A stretch of DNA of 64,000 nucleotides from Blastocatellia bacterium (GCA_963765495.1 CAVXWP010000008.1:128001-192000), one strand, 5' to 3'; shown: positions 1 to 10,239, counted from the first letter of the stretch. A program made the numbers and translations. The notes: generated by a model not told the origin, from the sequence alone.

Positions 1-113
1 TAATCCGCTGCATCCGCGTCATCCGCGGTCTATTTCAATTCGCCTTGTATTCAATTTAACCTGGCAAAACGCCTGATGCATGTTGTCCGCAATTCAAAAA
101 CTGAATGACCCTG
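1..113. mobile_element. Right part of a MITE copy (nonamer-periodic arm plus terminal repeat AAAACTGAATGACCCTG), truncated by the window edge
   Basis: Bases 1-37 match the right arm at 33350-33398 and 23750-23775. Bases 97-113 are the reverse complement of CAGGGTCATTCAGTTTT at 23649. Confidence 0.75.
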
Positions 114-126
114 TACTTGGGGCGGT

Positions 127-855
127 TTAGCTGCCGGGTACGATCTTTTTCCATTTCTCGGGATGTTCAGCGCCTCGACCATCGCAATTCGGTTTGGCTC
201 GCAGCTCTTTCAGCACAGGCTTGTCCGCTTCAAAACCATAGACGGCCAGCGTTCCGCAGTCGCCCGGCCCGCGAAATTTATTTAGCACCCGAAGCTCTTT
301 TGTCTTTGCGTCAAAGGTCGGCAAGCCCCAGACCTCGGTGCTCCTGGTTGGGGTCAGAGACTTCTCGTCCTGAGATTCATAAATATCGAAAGTGAGAAGC
401 TCGCTCGTGGGCTGATCCTTTGTCTCATCATAAAAATAATAGTGTTGATAGCCCTGATAAGCGCCGCCCGTGCAGACCACTTCGACAAGATATTTCCTGT
501 CTGCAAGCTCATAAAACTCAAGCCCTCCATAACTCTTATCCGGGTAATCAAACGCCTGTTCGCACTCATCGGGCCATTTGAGTACTTCGCGCCACGCCTT
601 GCGGTCTTCATAGGTCAACCCGGTCTTCTTCAGGGCAGACGATTTTCCGGCCTCCTGTTTTGACGATGGAGACGGGGCAGGAGCGGCATTTTGATTAGCC
701 TCTGTGGCCTCGGGAGGCGCTCCATCCTGATGCGCGCAACTACTGGTTGCCGCGAGTATCAGGAGTGCGAGAAATATGACCGCGCGCCCGGTCCCGTATC
801 GCCGGGGCGCGTCTGATCCTCTTTTCCCCAGACTCGAAATCATAAGTGACAGCAT
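127..855 (-). CDS. DUF1176-like lipoprotein
   Basis: Hydrophobic segment ending LAATSSC (lipobox-like); C-x2-GAYQ and RGPGDCG motifs. Confidence 0.7.
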   Translation of the reverse strand: MLSLMISSLGKRGSDAPRRYGTGRAVIFLALLILAATSSCAHQDGAPPEATEANQNAAPAPSPSSKQEAGKSSALKKTGLTYEDRKAWREVLKWPDECEQAFDYPDKSYGGLEFYELADRKYLVEVVCTGGAYQGYQHYYFYDETKDQPTSELLTFDIYESQDEKSLTPTRSTEVWGLPTFDAKTKELRVLNKFRGPGDCGTLAVYGFEADKPVLKELRAKPNCDGRGAEHPEKWKKIVPGS

Positions 856-885
856 ATCATAACGACCTTGAGTCGTCCGCTGATT

Positions 886-1872
886 CTATCTAAGCCTTAT
901 CATCACCCACATCAGGATCACGTGCGTAGACCAGATTAATAGCGCGTATGGCAACTGAAATTTAATCACGCCGTTCTGGTCGCGCATATTCAGGAGCGCC
1001 GTTGGAACTATATTGAAGTTCGCCGCCATAGGCGTCATCAATGTGCCGCTCGACCCCGCCGTCAGAGTTATTATCGCAACCATAGCCGGGTCCACGTTGA
1101 ACGGAATTACGATCAAAGGTATCAGCACGCCCGTGGCGATTACCGGGAAGGCGGCAAATGAATTTCCCATGACTATGGTGAAGAGCGCCATTCCCAGACA
1201 GTTGGCCAGCACGAGCAGAAAGAGGCTGCCTTCCGGGATGATCCAGTGAATCCCCCCGGCGATCAAATCTCCGATCTTTGCAGCCGTGAATATGACTCCA
1301 AGCGAGGCCAGCAACTGGGGCAGAATGCTGACGGCTCCCATCGAGTCGTTTATTCGGCGGCCTTCGTTCATCATAGTGGTCCAGGTTCCTCCGGTGAGCC
1401 CTTTCCCCCAGAGCATCCCGGCGATGCCGCCGAATCCAAGCCCGACAAGCGCGCCCCGATTTACATCGAGCCCGAACAGACGAAAGACCACCGCAAATCC
1501 GAAAGTCACGAGCGGTATCACAAGCACGGGAAGAAATATTCTGTCTCCGAGCCGCCGCGCTTCGGTCTCCTGCTCGGTCTTTGTCGCTTCGTTATAGCTG
1601 CCGCGATGGACGCGGCCCGCGCCGTCAATTGCGACCATCACCAGAACAAGGATTCCAGTCAGCCAGTTCGGCATCAGGTGCCCTGCTATAAAAATGATCC
1701 CAAGTGTGAGCCAGAAGATGCCCGTACCGATCCTGCGCGGGTTTCCACGGTCGGAAATCGTCATTCCGGCGAAGATCAGCAGGACTATCCCGGTCAGAAC
1801 GTAGACCGTGTTCAGGCTGAAGATATAGTCGGCGACAGTCGTCAAAGATAGGGCCGTAATCTGCATAATCAT
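886..1872 (-). CDS. DUF979 family membrane protein (putative 5-oxoproline transporter component)
   Basis: Polytopic membrane protein; [18 protein letters not shown] and [15 protein letters not shown] motifs; overlaps its DUF969 partner by 4 bp. Confidence 0.85.
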   Translation of the reverse strand: MIMQITALSLTTVADYIFSLNTVYVLTGIVLLIFAGMTISDRGNPRRIGTGIFWLTLGIIFIAGHLMPNWLTGILVLVMVAIDGAGRVHRGSYNEATKTEQETEARRLGDRIFLPVLVIPLVTFGFAVVFRLFGLDVNRGALVGLGFGGIAGMLWGKGLTGGTWTTMMNEGRRINDSMGAVSILPQLLASLGVIFTAAKIGDLIAGGIHWIIPEGSLFLLVLANCLGMALFTIVMGNSFAAFPVIATGVLIPLIVIPFNVDPAMVAIITLTAGSSGTLMTPMAANFNIVPTALLNMRDQNGVIKFQLPYALLIWSTHVILMWVMIRLR

Positions 1873-2645
1873 GTCCCTGCGCTTTCATTGATCGCCGCCT
1901 GCTCTCCGGCCTCGGACTTTTGGTAATGGCGGTCGAGGAGCTTGAATTGTAGGGCTCCATAAATGACCGAGATAGTCGTTATGGGGATTGCGAAGAGCAC
2001 TAACCGCCAGACGCTCACCTCATAGCCAAGTCCTTTCAGGACGCCGAAGACCAGCAGTATGCCCGGCTGTACGGGCGAGAGGTTCTGGCCATAGAAATTA
2101 CCGTAATTTTCGCTGGCCGAATCCGCCGCCTTTATTAGCTCGATCTTTTCTTCGGGCAAATCGTCAGCGGTTTTGGCTCCCGTCATCGCCTCGGCCGCGC
2201 CCACAGACATTGGAAAGATCAGAGGGCGCACGAAAGAAGGATGGCCGTTTAAGCGTATGCCCAGAATCCCGTGAAGCACACGGAAGAGTTGATAAACGAT
2301 TGCCAGACGACCGACCGTGGCGACGCGGATTCGGCGTATGAGACGAGCCGATTGTTCCTGTAGCCCGTATCGCTCGGCAAGACCTATCGCGGGCAGCGTG
2401 ATGATGAAGAGCGTCATCAGACGGTTTTCAGTGAATGCTCTCCCGAGCGTATTTATGATGCCTTCCTGCCCTGCTTTTGTCAGATAAGACAATCCGGCAA
2501 ATATGCCTTCGCTCGAAAAAAGAGGCAGTCCGGCAAGCAACCCCGTCACGAGCGCGGCTGATACGACGACCAGCGTAGTCCGCAGTTTGAGTGCGAGCCC
2601 TACAACTACGATTGCTATACCGAGCAGCTTGAACCATTCAGGCAT
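1869..2645 (-). CDS. DUF969 family membrane protein
   Basis: [25 protein letters not shown] and [10 protein letters not shown] motifs. Confidence 0.85.
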   Translation of the reverse strand: MPEWFKLLGIAIVVVGLALKLRTTLVVVSAALVTGLLAGLPLFSSEGIFAGLSYLTKAGQEGIINTLGRAFTENRLMTLFIITLPAIGLAERYGLQEQSARLIRRIRVATVGRLAIVYQLFRVLHGILGIRLNGHPSFVRPLIFPMSVGAAEAMTGAKTADDLPEEKIELIKAADSASENYGNFYGQNLSPVQPGILLVFGVLKGLGYEVSVWRLVLFAIPITTISVIYGALQFKLLDRHYQKSEAGEQAAINESAGT

Positions 2646-2741
2646 GGCTGGAATTTCTCCCTAAGTAGAGTTTTATTTGAGTCGAATTGTGTTATCGGGG
2701 AAGAGGATCAAATCAATCTTGATGCGAGCAACCCGCAACAT

Positions 2742-2830
2742 CTGAAATTTGAGTTTTGAGATCTGAAATCTCAAAGCCTGAAACTCAAAACCTGAAACTC
2801 AAAACTCAAAAACTCAAAACTCAAAACTTT
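2742..2830. repeat. Heptamer-periodic imperfect palindrome (TGAAAYY/CTCAAAA class)
   Basis: TTTGAGTTTTGAG followed by a CTGAAACTCAAAA / CTCAAAA tandem run. Confidence 0.75.
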
Positions 2831-2831
2831 T

Positions 2832-3719
2832 TCACACCAACTGTCCGGCGCTGATTGCGGCTCCGACTATTGCTATATCGTCGCTTGTGGTAATAACCTC
2901 GACCGTACTGCCCTGAAGCGGGCTCATTTTGACCATATCGCCCAGGTAAATCTGTACCAGCTTCACATCGGTAAACCTTGCGTTCGGGCCTGAGACATAG
3001 AACTTGCCCGGTCCCTCCAGATGGATACTCGTGGCGGTTGCGGCTGCCAGTGCCCTGTGCCAGAGTTCCACAAAACCGCCACAGCGAGCATCGCCTTCTT
3101 TAGCGTGCTCGAATACTTCTTCCGGCTCAAGATCGAGGAAACGCAAACGCATGGCGCGATGGCCCATGATGCCTTCCAGATGCCCGACCCCACCGCACCG
3201 GCAGAAATTCTCTTTGCTGTCGAGCGTTACTACAGTGTGGCCGCCTTCCCCCACATTATGCGATGTAGGGTAATGGCCGTATCCGATCCCGCTTCCAAGA
3301 AACCATACGCGAATAAGCTTATCGAGGTGGCCGCGAGTGGCCGCAATCCCTGCCGCCATCGCGTCGGCGTCATTGAGTACGAGAACCTGCACTGCACCCT
3401 CTCCGCGGTTGATTGCGGACGCAAGCGCGGCACCGAGATTCTGCCCCTTGGTCTGCGGAAGGTTGGGCGAGTCTTCAACCTTCCCTTCACAGATGATGCC
3501 GGGAAACCCCACTCCTACCGCTGTGATCGGCTCATCCTGACAGCATACGGCGATCTGGTCCGCGATATGCTGAACGATCTCTTCCGTAGGCATCTCTGTC
3601 AGACAGCCCGCGTTGCCTCCCCTTTCGGGAAAGACCCGCACCGGGCCTGCCAGTTGATGGTTCTCCACAAGCCCCACAGCGATATGCTCGGCTGCCAGCA
3701 CGCCGATAGTTCGTCCCAT
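2832..3719 (-). CDS. ROK family protein (sugar kinase-like, atypical N-terminus)
   Basis: GVGFPG, LNDADA, GSGIG, GEGGH and CRCGGVGHLE motifs. Confidence 0.85.
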   Translation of the reverse strand: MGRTIGVLAAEHIAVGLVENHQLAGPVRVFPERGGNAGCLTEMPTEEIVQHIADQIAVCCQDEPITAVGVGFPGIICEGKVEDSPNLPQTKGQNLGAALASAINRGEGAVQVLVLNDADAMAAGIAATRGHLDKLIRVWFLGSGIGYGHYPTSHNVGEGGHTVVTLDSKENFCRCGGVGHLEGIMGHRAMRLRFLDLEPEEVFEHAKEGDARCGGFVELWHRALAAATATSIHLEGPGKFYVSGPNARFTDVKLVQIYLGDMVKMSPLQGSTVEVITTSDDIAIVGAAISAGQLV

Positions 3720-3766
3720 ACTTTAACCTCTTCAAAAGTGATTCGCTCAATGATCGGTGAAGCTTG

Positions 3767-3788
3767 ATCCGTGATTCGTATCACGGAT
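3767..3788. repeat. Short CGTGAT-class hairpin remnant
   Basis: ATCCGTGAT-TCGT-ATCACGGAT, a 9-bp stem. Confidence 0.55.
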
Positions 3789-3798
3789 TGCTTTTCAT

Positions 3799-5196
3799 TC
3801 AAAAAGAACTGAGCCTCGACAGCTTGTTCAACCCGTTAAAGGCGGCGGCTTTGTAGCATTCGGCCAGAGTCGGATAGTTGAACACAGTGTCTATGAAGTA
3901 ATCCATCGTACCTTTGAGGATCATGACCGCCTGACCGATGTGCAAAAGCTCCGAAGCCCCTTCGCCAATTATGTGAATGCCGAGCAGTTGCTTTGTCTCG
4001 CGATGAAAAATGATCTTCAATCTGCCGGTAGTGTCGCCGCGAATCTGCCCGCGCGCTATCTCGCGGTAATAGGCTATACCCACTTCGTAAGGCACGTCTT
4101 CATCCGTCAACTGCTCTTCGGTCTTTCCGACGAATGAAATTTCGGGAATCGTATAGATTCCGTAGGGGTAATTTGCCGGGTCGGATTCGATGCTGATTCC
4201 GAACGCGTTGGCTACGGCCATTCGCCCCTGTTGCATCGAGACCGATGCGAGGCTTGGAAACCCTATAACATCGCCTACGGCGTAGATGTGCGGCTGAGGG
4301 GTGCGATACTGTTCGTCAACCGCGATGCGGCCACGCGAATCGGCTTCCAGTCCGGCTGCCTCCAGATTCAGTTCCTTCACATTGCCCTGACGTCCTACGG
4401 CGTACAAAAGCGCGTCGCCGGAAATCTTCTTTTTGCTTTCAAGGTTGGCAATCACCGTGCCGTCGGGCGCTTCTTCTACGCTTGCGACCTCTTCGTTCAA
4501 TCGCATGGTCATGCGATTGTCGCGCAGATGATAAGAGAGCGCTTCGATTATTTCCGTATCGGCAAACCCGAGTATGCGCGGCTGCTTTTCGATGAGAATG
4601 ACCCGCGAGCCGAGCGCTGAAAACATAGAAGCGTACTCGACACCGATGACACCGCCGCCCACAACAATGAGCGTCTTTGGAATGGCAGGCATGTTAAAGA
4701 CCTGATCGCTGTTGATGATGGTCGTGCCGTTTAGAGCGACGGTCGAAGAGGCGGCGGGCGAAGTCCCTGTGGCAATCACTATGAAATCGGCTTCGTATTC
4801 CGATTGCCCGCGCGAATTCGTCACGCGAATACGATGCGGGTCCAGAAAACTGCCTCCGCCCGTCAGCATCTCTACCTCATTGCGCGAAAGCTGGGCCTGG
4901 GTCACATCTATCTCCGTCTTTATGACGTGCTGCACGCGGAAAGAGAGATCGGCTATAGTGATTCTCTCCTTCACGCGATAGTTCATACCGTAGATACTCT
5001 GGTATTGATAGCCCGACAGATGCATCACGGCTTCGCGCATGGATTTGCTCGGGATAGTGCCGGTGTTTATGCAGGCCCCGCCTATCACCTCGCGCCGCTC
5101 GATGAGTGCCACTTTTTTGCCGAGTTTTGCGCCCTGAATGGCGGCGCGCTGCCCGGCCGGTCCTGAACCAATTACTATGAGATCGTACTTTTGCAT
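3799..5196 (-). CDS. sthA: Soluble pyridine nucleotide transhydrogenase
   Basis: GSGPAG and GGGVIG Rossmann motifs; GGACINTGTIPSK (CxxxxT, single Cys); C-terminal VFNYPTLAECYK. Confidence 0.92.
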   Translation of the reverse strand: MQKYDLIVIGSGPAGQRAAIQGAKLGKKVALIERREVIGGACINTGTIPSKSMREAVMHLSGYQYQSIYGMNYRVKERITIADLSFRVQHVIKTEIDVTQAQLSRNEVEMLTGGGSFLDPHRIRVTNSRGQSEYEADFIVIATGTSPAASSTVALNGTTIINSDQVFNMPAIPKTLIVVGGGVIGVEYASMFSALGSRVILIEKQPRILGFADTEIIEALSYHLRDNRMTMRLNEEVASVEEAPDGTVIANLESKKKISGDALLYAVGRQGNVKELNLEAAGLEADSRGRIAVDEQYRTPQPHIYAVGDVIGFPSLASVSMQQGRMAVANAFGISIESDPANYPYGIYTIPEISFVGKTEEQLTDEDVPYEVGIAYYREIARGQIRGDTTGRLKIIFHRETKQLLGIHIIGEGASELLHIGQAVMILKGTMDYFIDTVFNYPTLAECYKAAAFNGLNKLSRLSSF

Positions 5197-5213
5197 GGTC
5201 CTTCTTATGTGGA

Positions 5214-5243
5214 GATCTCAGATGTCAGACCTCAGATTTCAAA
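5214..5243. repeat. Short heptamer-periodic tract (TCAGATN class)
   Basis: GATCTCA-GATGTCA-GACCTCA-GATTTCA. Confidence 0.5.
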
Positions 5244-5250
5244 CCCGAGC

Positions 5251-5988
5251 TCAAAAGGCGCTCCGGTATAATGCGATCATATCGCTCCACGCCAGATCGG
5301 TCGCTTCGGGGTCATAGCGCGGACCTTCATCGCGCATGAAAGCGTGCTCGGCAGGATAAAGCCTTATTGAAAAATTCGTCCCCGTTTCTTCGAGCGCGTC
5401 CCTTATCTTATCACGTCCTTCTTCGGGTACGTGCGGATCGTTTGTGCCAAATACCATAAGCAGGTTGCCTTTAATTTCTCCGGCGCGCTCTAATGACCCG
5501 GCATCTTTATCCTGCCCCAGCCTGCCGTTATGAATGCCTGTTCCGTAAAAACAGACCGTGGCCTCAACATCGGGCTGGAGCGCGGCCCTGAAGGCCAGAT
5601 GTCCGCCGATGCAGAACCCGCCCGCGCCAAGCTTTCCTTCGGCTACCTGCTCGTGTCCTTTCAGATAATCGAGCACCGCGCGGCAATCGGCGTCGAAATG
5701 AGCAACAGGAGTGCGGGCGGCGTCTTCGAGTCCCTGATCACGTCCGGCGTCATCGAAGGCGATGGCTGTGCCGGGTGGTTCGATGCGGTGATAGATTTCC
5801 GGCGCGGCCACGACAAAGCCGTACCCGGCCAGCCGCGTCGTGGCGCGAAGCATAACCCCCGTGAGTTGAAATATATCCGAGTAAAAGATTATCCCCGGAT
5901 ATTTCCCTTCGGCGCGAGGGGCCGCCACAAACATTCGAAGCGGGCTGCCATCAACCTGAATATCCACGTACCGGGTGGTTATGACCAT
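5251..5988 (-). CDS. Dienelactone hydrolase family protein
   Basis: GFCIGG nucleophile elbow; DPHVP; HAFMRD. Confidence 0.9.
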   Translation of the reverse strand: MVITTRYVDIQVDGSPLRMFVAAPRAEGKYPGIIFYSDIFQLTGVMLRATTRLAGYGFVVAAPEIYHRIEPPGTAIAFDDAGRDQGLEDAARTPVAHFDADCRAVLDYLKGHEQVAEGKLGAGGFCIGGHLAFRAALQPDVEATVCFYGTGIHNGRLGQDKDAGSLERAGEIKGNLLMVFGTNDPHVPEEGRDKIRDALEETGTNFSIRLYPAEHAFMRDEGPRYDPEATDLAWSDMIALYRSAF

Positions 5989-6076
5989 AATGTGATCTCC
6001 TGAAAACAGGTGCGAAAAACCATGCGTTGTGAGATGGGTGATTGATTATGGAAGCGACTCACAGGTCCCTGATGCT

Positions 6077-6607
6077 CTACTTGTTTTTGCGAAACAGCCT
6101 CCGAAGCAACCCTGAGAACCATCTCAGGGTTGTTCGAAAAAAGCCATGTTTAGGCGGCGGTTCGTGCGCTTCGGTCCGGGCTTCGGCTTCGAGGGCGGTA
6201 AAGAATTGCGCAACCATCATTTTGGCTGCCCCCTGTATCATCCGCTGCCCCACTCCGGCTATCGTACCGCCGATCTTTACATCGCCATCATAGCTGACTA
6301 CGGTTATCCCCTCCCGCTCTTCCAGATTGATGTCTCCGGTTCCTTTCAGAAAACCGGGCTGCCCTTTCCCGTCCACAGCCAGACGCAAATGGCTGGGGGG
6401 GGCCAGATTCTCAAGTTGTACATTCCCTGTGAAGACGCCTTTGATCGAGCCTACGCCCGCGCGCAAGGTAGTCGAATAGCTGTTTTCGCCGGTCTTTTCG
6501 AGCTTTTCGCAACCCGGTATGCACCTCTGCAAAACCTCCGGGTCAATCATAGCCTGAAAGACGCGCTCGCGTGGGGCGTGGACTTCCTGTGAACCCTCTA
6601 TCTTCAT
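6077..6607 (-). CDS. coxG: CoxG-like SRPBCC protein
   Basis: DPEVLQRCIPGCE and GGTIAGVGQRMI motifs; last gene of the coxSLM-type operon. Confidence 0.88.
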   Translation of the reverse strand: MKIEGSQEVHAPRERVFQAMIDPEVLQRCIPGCEKLEKTGENSYSTTLRAGVGSIKGVFTGNVQLENLAPPSHLRLAVDGKGQPGFLKGTGDINLEEREGITVVSYDGDVKIGGTIAGVGQRMIQGAAKMMVAQFFTALEAEARTEAHEPPPKHGFFRTTLRWFSGLLRRLFRKNK

Positions 6608-6727
6608 ACGTGATACGTGATACCTGATGCGTGATGAGTGAATCGTGATACGTGATTATTAGAGGGCCTGGTTGATAAAGGCTAATTGCAAACCAGGCAA
6701 ATCACGGATCACGATTCACCCATCACG
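6608..6727. repeat. Heptamer-periodic palindromic element (CGTGATR ... TCACG)
   Basis: CGTGATA-type units on the left, TCACGGA/TCACGAT units on the right; internal core shared with the copies at 10148 and 29216. Confidence 0.8.
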
Positions 6728-6733
6728 CTCCCC

Positions 6734-7600
6734 TCATTTCGCGTTTGCCGCCGCTGCTTTGATGGCGCGGCGCGTATAGACCTGTGCCAGATGGCGACGA
6801 TAATCGGACGAAGCAAAGAGGTCGCCGTTTATGTCAACTCCATCAGCCGCGTGCCCGGCGGCCTCGGCCACGGTTTTATCGTCCAGAGCCTTGCCCGTGA
6901 GGGCGCTCTCAACCGCGCTTGCGCGGTAGGCCTTCGATGCGACCCCGGTAATGCTTATGCTCGCCGATTCGCACGCGCCCGTCTGATCCAGAGTCAGATT
7001 TACGGCGACGCCCACGACCGCAAACCCGGAAGCGGGTTGAGGCACTTTCAGATAAGCCTGTCCCGCGCCGTTCTGAGAGGCCGAAATGCGGATTTCGCGA
7101 AGTATCTCGCCCGGCTCAAGCGCGGTCGTGAGCATATCGACAAAGAAATCATCTGCGCTGATGGTGCGCTCGCCGCCTGCGCCCACGGCTACAAGTTCGG
7201 CCTTGAGTGCGATCATCGCGGCTGGCCAGTCGGCTGCCGGATCGGCGTGGGCAAGACTTCCGCCTATGGTCCCTTTGTTGCGGACCTGCACGTCACCGAT
7301 CTGCGAGGCGGTCGCGGGCAAAAGCGGGCATATCTCGGCAAGTCGTGTGGATGCCTCAAGCTGATGATGAGTAGTCATAGCGCCAATCAGAATCTGCCCG
7401 TCTTCCTCGCGAATATAGGCAAGGTCTTTGATGCGCCCGATATCGATCAGCAGTTGCGGCATCGCAAGCCGCAGCTTCATCGCCGGGATAAGGCTGTGCC
7501 CGCCCGCGAGCAATTTGGCATCGTCGGGATGCTCGGCCAGCAACTTCACAGCCTCGTCGAGCGTGGAAGCGATCACGTAATCAAACTGTGCAGGAATCAT
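6734..7600 (-). CDS. coxM: Mo-hydroxylase FAD subunit (CoxM/CutM-like)
   Basis: LAGGHSLIP and RNKGTIGGSLAHADPAAD motifs. Start placed at MIPAQFDY (GGAG upstream); the longer ORF only reads through the repeat. Confidence 0.88.
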   Translation of the reverse strand: MIPAQFDYVIASTLDEAVKLLAEHPDDAKLLAGGHSLIPAMKLRLAMPQLLIDIGRIKDLAYIREEDGQILIGAMTTHHQLEASTRLAEICPLLPATASQIGDVQVRNKGTIGGSLAHADPAADWPAAMIALKAELVAVGAGGERTISADDFFVDMLTTALEPGEILREIRISASQNGAGQAYLKVPQPASGFAVVGVAVNLTLDQTGACESASISITGVASKAYRASAVESALTGKALDDKTVAEAAGHAADGVDINGDLFASSDYRRHLAQVYTRRAIKAAAANAK

Positions 7601-7611
7601 GGTTTTCTCCC

Positions 7612-7686
7612 GGGGCCGGGGGCCGGGGGCCGGGGGCCGGTGAAAGTTTGCTCTCACTGGCCCCTGACACCTGACCTCCGGCCCCC
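7612..7686. repeat. G-rich heptamer-periodic palindromic element (GGGGCCG class)
   Basis: (GGGGCCG)x4, then GGCCCCT-GACACCT-GACCTCC-GGCCCC as the inverted arm. Confidence 0.75.
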
Positions 7687-7689
7687 GAA

Positions 7690-10089
7690 TCAGCTTTGCT
7701 GATTCACTATTCGCCAGATGTTTTCGGGTCTGACCGGCATATCGAGATGGCGCACGCCAAAAGGCGAGAGCGCGTCAACAACCGCGTTGACTATGGCCGG
7801 AGTAGCGCCTATGGTCCCGGCCTCGCCCACGCCTTTCACTCCCATCGGGTTTACGGGCGAGGGGGTCTCGGTGCGGTCGAGTTCGAGCCACGGAATCATA
7901 GCCGCTTTCGGCACCGCGTAATCCATCAGGGTGCCGGTCACAAGCTGGCCCTGTTCGTCGTAAACTACCTCTTCGTAGAGCGCCTGTCCGAGCGCCTGCA
8001 CGATCCCGCCGTGTATCTGTCCTTCGACCAGCATCGGGTTTATCACCTTGCCGCAATCGTCTACGGCGACATAGCGGAGGAATTTCAAATCTCCCGTATC
8101 GCGGTCTATCTCTACTACGGCGATGTGAGTGCCAAAGGGGAAGGTGAAATTTGCAGGCTCGAAAAAGTATGTTGCCGAAAGCCCCGGTTCCATCCCCGGC
8201 GGAATCTCTCTGGCCAGATGAGCCGCCAAAGCGATGTCTTGCAACGAGAGGCTCTTGCCGTCGGAAGGCTCAGGGATAGCGGCTGCCGGGGCCTGTCCGG
8301 CGGGAACGACGGGCTCGGGCACTTCTTCGGCAGCCGCCGCCTTCGCAGCCGCTTTAGAGTAGCGCCCTTCATTGAACAGGACGCTCGCTTCTTCTGCTCC
8401 AAGCATGTGAGCCGCGATCTTTGAGGCTTTCTCTTTCAACTTTTCGATAGCGATATATACGGCGGTTCCTCCCACGGCCGTTGCACGGCTGCCGAATGTG
8501 CCTATGCCGTATTGAACTATCGAGGTGTCGCCGTGAATGACCGTCACATCTTCGATACTGACGCCAAGTTCATCGGCGGCGATCTGCGCGAATGATGTCT
8601 CCTGGCCCTGCCCGTGCGGAGACGCGCCTGTCAGGATCGTCACTTTGCCTGTAGGCTCGATCCTCACCGTGGCGCTCTCCCACCCACCGGCGGGCATGGC
8701 CTGTGAAGGGCCAAGCGCGCATATCTCGACGTAGGTGGAAACACCTATTCCTATCAATCGCCCCTCATCGCGCGCCTTCTTCTGCTCTTCGCGGAGTTTT
8801 TTGTAATCCGACATCTCAAGCGCCTTGTGGAGTGCGCCTTCATAGTTGCCGCTATCGTAGAAGAGACCAGTCGCGGTCTTGAATGGAAATTCATCGGGGG
8901 CAGGGAAGTTCTTGCGGCGAACCTCGACCGGGTCCATCCCGAGTTCTGCGGCTACGAGATCAAGGGCGCGCTCGACCACGTATGTGGCTTCGGGGCGGCC
9001 TGCTCCTCGATAAGCATCGGTCGCCATCTTGTTTGTAAATACGCCGGTCACATTCATCTGAATGGCCGGAATCTTGTAGCAACCCGAAAGCATCAGCCCG
9101 GTCAGCGTAGGTATAGCCGGTGTGAGTAACTGATGATAAGCGCCGAGGTCTGCGAACACGTCATAGCGAAGTCCCGTGATGGTTCCGTCGTTTTTGCAGC
9201 CGATTTCGATATAGCCCACCTGTCCGCGACCGTGTATGGTCGCCTGCATGTTTTCGCGCCTTGTTTCAATCCATTTCACGGGCTTTCCGAGTTGCATCGA
9301 AATCCAGCCAAGGAGCGCTTCTTCGGCATAGACGTTTAGCTTTGAGCCAAACCCGCCGCCCACTTCCGGTGTAATAACCCGCAGCTTGTTTTCAGGCATG
9401 CCGATCATCAGGGCTAGCTGGGTTCTGAGAAGATGAGGTATCTGCGTGGAAGACCAGATGGTGAGTTCCTGTTCGCCGGGCAAGTACCGGGCAAGCACGC
9501 CGCGCGGCTCCATTGCGATTGGCGCGAGGCGCTGATGCACGACCCTCTGTTTTATTATGTGGTCTGACTGGCCAAGAGCCGCGTCAATATCGCCTTCGCC
9601 CGCCGTGAGTTTATAAGCGATGTTGTCGCCGTATTCTTCATAGATGACGGGGCCGCCTTTTGCCGCCTCTTCCACATCGACGACCGCGTCCAGATCCTCG
9701 TAATCAACCATTATCAAATCAATCGCATCGCGGGCGGCGTAACGGTCGCTGGCGACCACGGCGGCTATGGGATGGCCTACGAAGACTACGTGGTCTGAGG
9801 CGAGCACTCGATAATCGGGGACCTTCAAATCAGGCAGAGCGCCCGCGCAGGGGACGGGGCCGATCTTTTCGGCTACATCCTTGCCGGTGTAGACGGCGAC
9901 CACCCCGGGCGCGTGCGCGGCTTCGCTCGTATCAATGCTTGTTATGCGCGCGTGGGCATACATCGAACGAAGGAATGCGACATAAAGCGTGTCGGGCAGC
10001 TTTATGTCATCAACGTAGTGACCGATGCCCTGAATCAAACGCGGGTCTTCTGTTCGTTTAACCCTCTGTCCAACGTATTTGTTTGCCAT
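7690..10089 (-). CDS. coxL: Xanthine oxidase-family molybdopterin large subunit, form II CoxL-like
   Basis: VGGGFGSK, AYRGAGRPE (form II type), HGQG and GVKGVGE motifs; S-L-M-G gene order. Confidence 0.85.
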   Translation of the reverse strand: MANKYVGQRVKRTEDPRLIQGIGHYVDDIKLPDTLYVAFLRSMYAHARITSIDTSEAAHAPGVVAVYTGKDVAEKIGPVPCAGALPDLKVPDYRVLASDHVVFVGHPIAAVVASDRYAARDAIDLIMVDYEDLDAVVDVEEAAKGGPVIYEEYGDNIAYKLTAGEGDIDAALGQSDHIIKQRVVHQRLAPIAMEPRGVLARYLPGEQELTIWSSTQIPHLLRTQLALMIGMPENKLRVITPEVGGGFGSKLNVYAEEALLGWISMQLGKPVKWIETRRENMQATIHGRGQVGYIEIGCKNDGTITGLRYDVFADLGAYHQLLTPAIPTLTGLMLSGCYKIPAIQMNVTGVFTNKMATDAYRGAGRPEATYVVERALDLVAAELGMDPVEVRRKNFPAPDEFPFKTATGLFYDSGNYEGALHKALEMSDYKKLREEQKKARDEGRLIGIGVSTYVEICALGPSQAMPAGGWESATVRIEPTGKVTILTGASPHGQGQETSFAQIAADELGVSIEDVTVIHGDTSIVQYGIGTFGSRATAVGGTAVYIAIEKLKEKASKIAAHMLGAEEASVLFNEGRYSKAAAKAAAAEEVPEPVVPAGQAPAAAIPEPSDGKSLSLQDIALAAHLAREIPPGMEPGLSATYFFEPANFTFPFGTHIAVVEIDRDTGDLKFLRYVAVDDCGKVINPMLVEGQIHGGIVQALGQALYEEVVYDEQGQLVTGTLMDYAVPKAAMIPWLELDRTETPSPVNPMGVKGVGEAGTIGATPAIVNAVVDALSPFGVRHLDMPVRPENIWRIVNQQS

Positions 10090-10109
10090 AGTTCTTCTCC
10101 CTGATTCGT

Positions 10110-10239
10110 GGAGAGTGATACGTCTAATGATACGCGATGCGCGATGCGTGATTTACCTGATTTACACTTTGTCGTTAAAGAGCGGGCTCACCTGAAGTCA
10201 CGGATCACGGATCACGCATCATTAGACGTATCACTCTCC
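10110..10239. repeat. Heptamer-periodic palindrome closed by a perfect 22-bp inverted repeat
   Basis: 10110-10131 GGAGAGTGATACGTCTAATGAT is the exact reverse complement of 10218-10239. Confidence 0.9.

Noticed and set aside
7612-7640. Dedicated G-quadruplex element
   Set aside because: The G-runs could fold, but they are better explained as one arm of a heptamer palindrome; the mRNA carries the C-rich strand.
6686-7702. Long antisense or overlapping ORFs (e.g. 6686-7702 +, 7696-8424 +, 28359-29159 -, 62170-63027 -)
   Set aside because: Shadow frames of well-supported genes in GC-rich DNA, with no recognisable motifs.
7690-10089. True aerobic CO dehydrogenase (form I)
   Set aside because: The active-site motif is AYRGAGR and the gene order is SLM.
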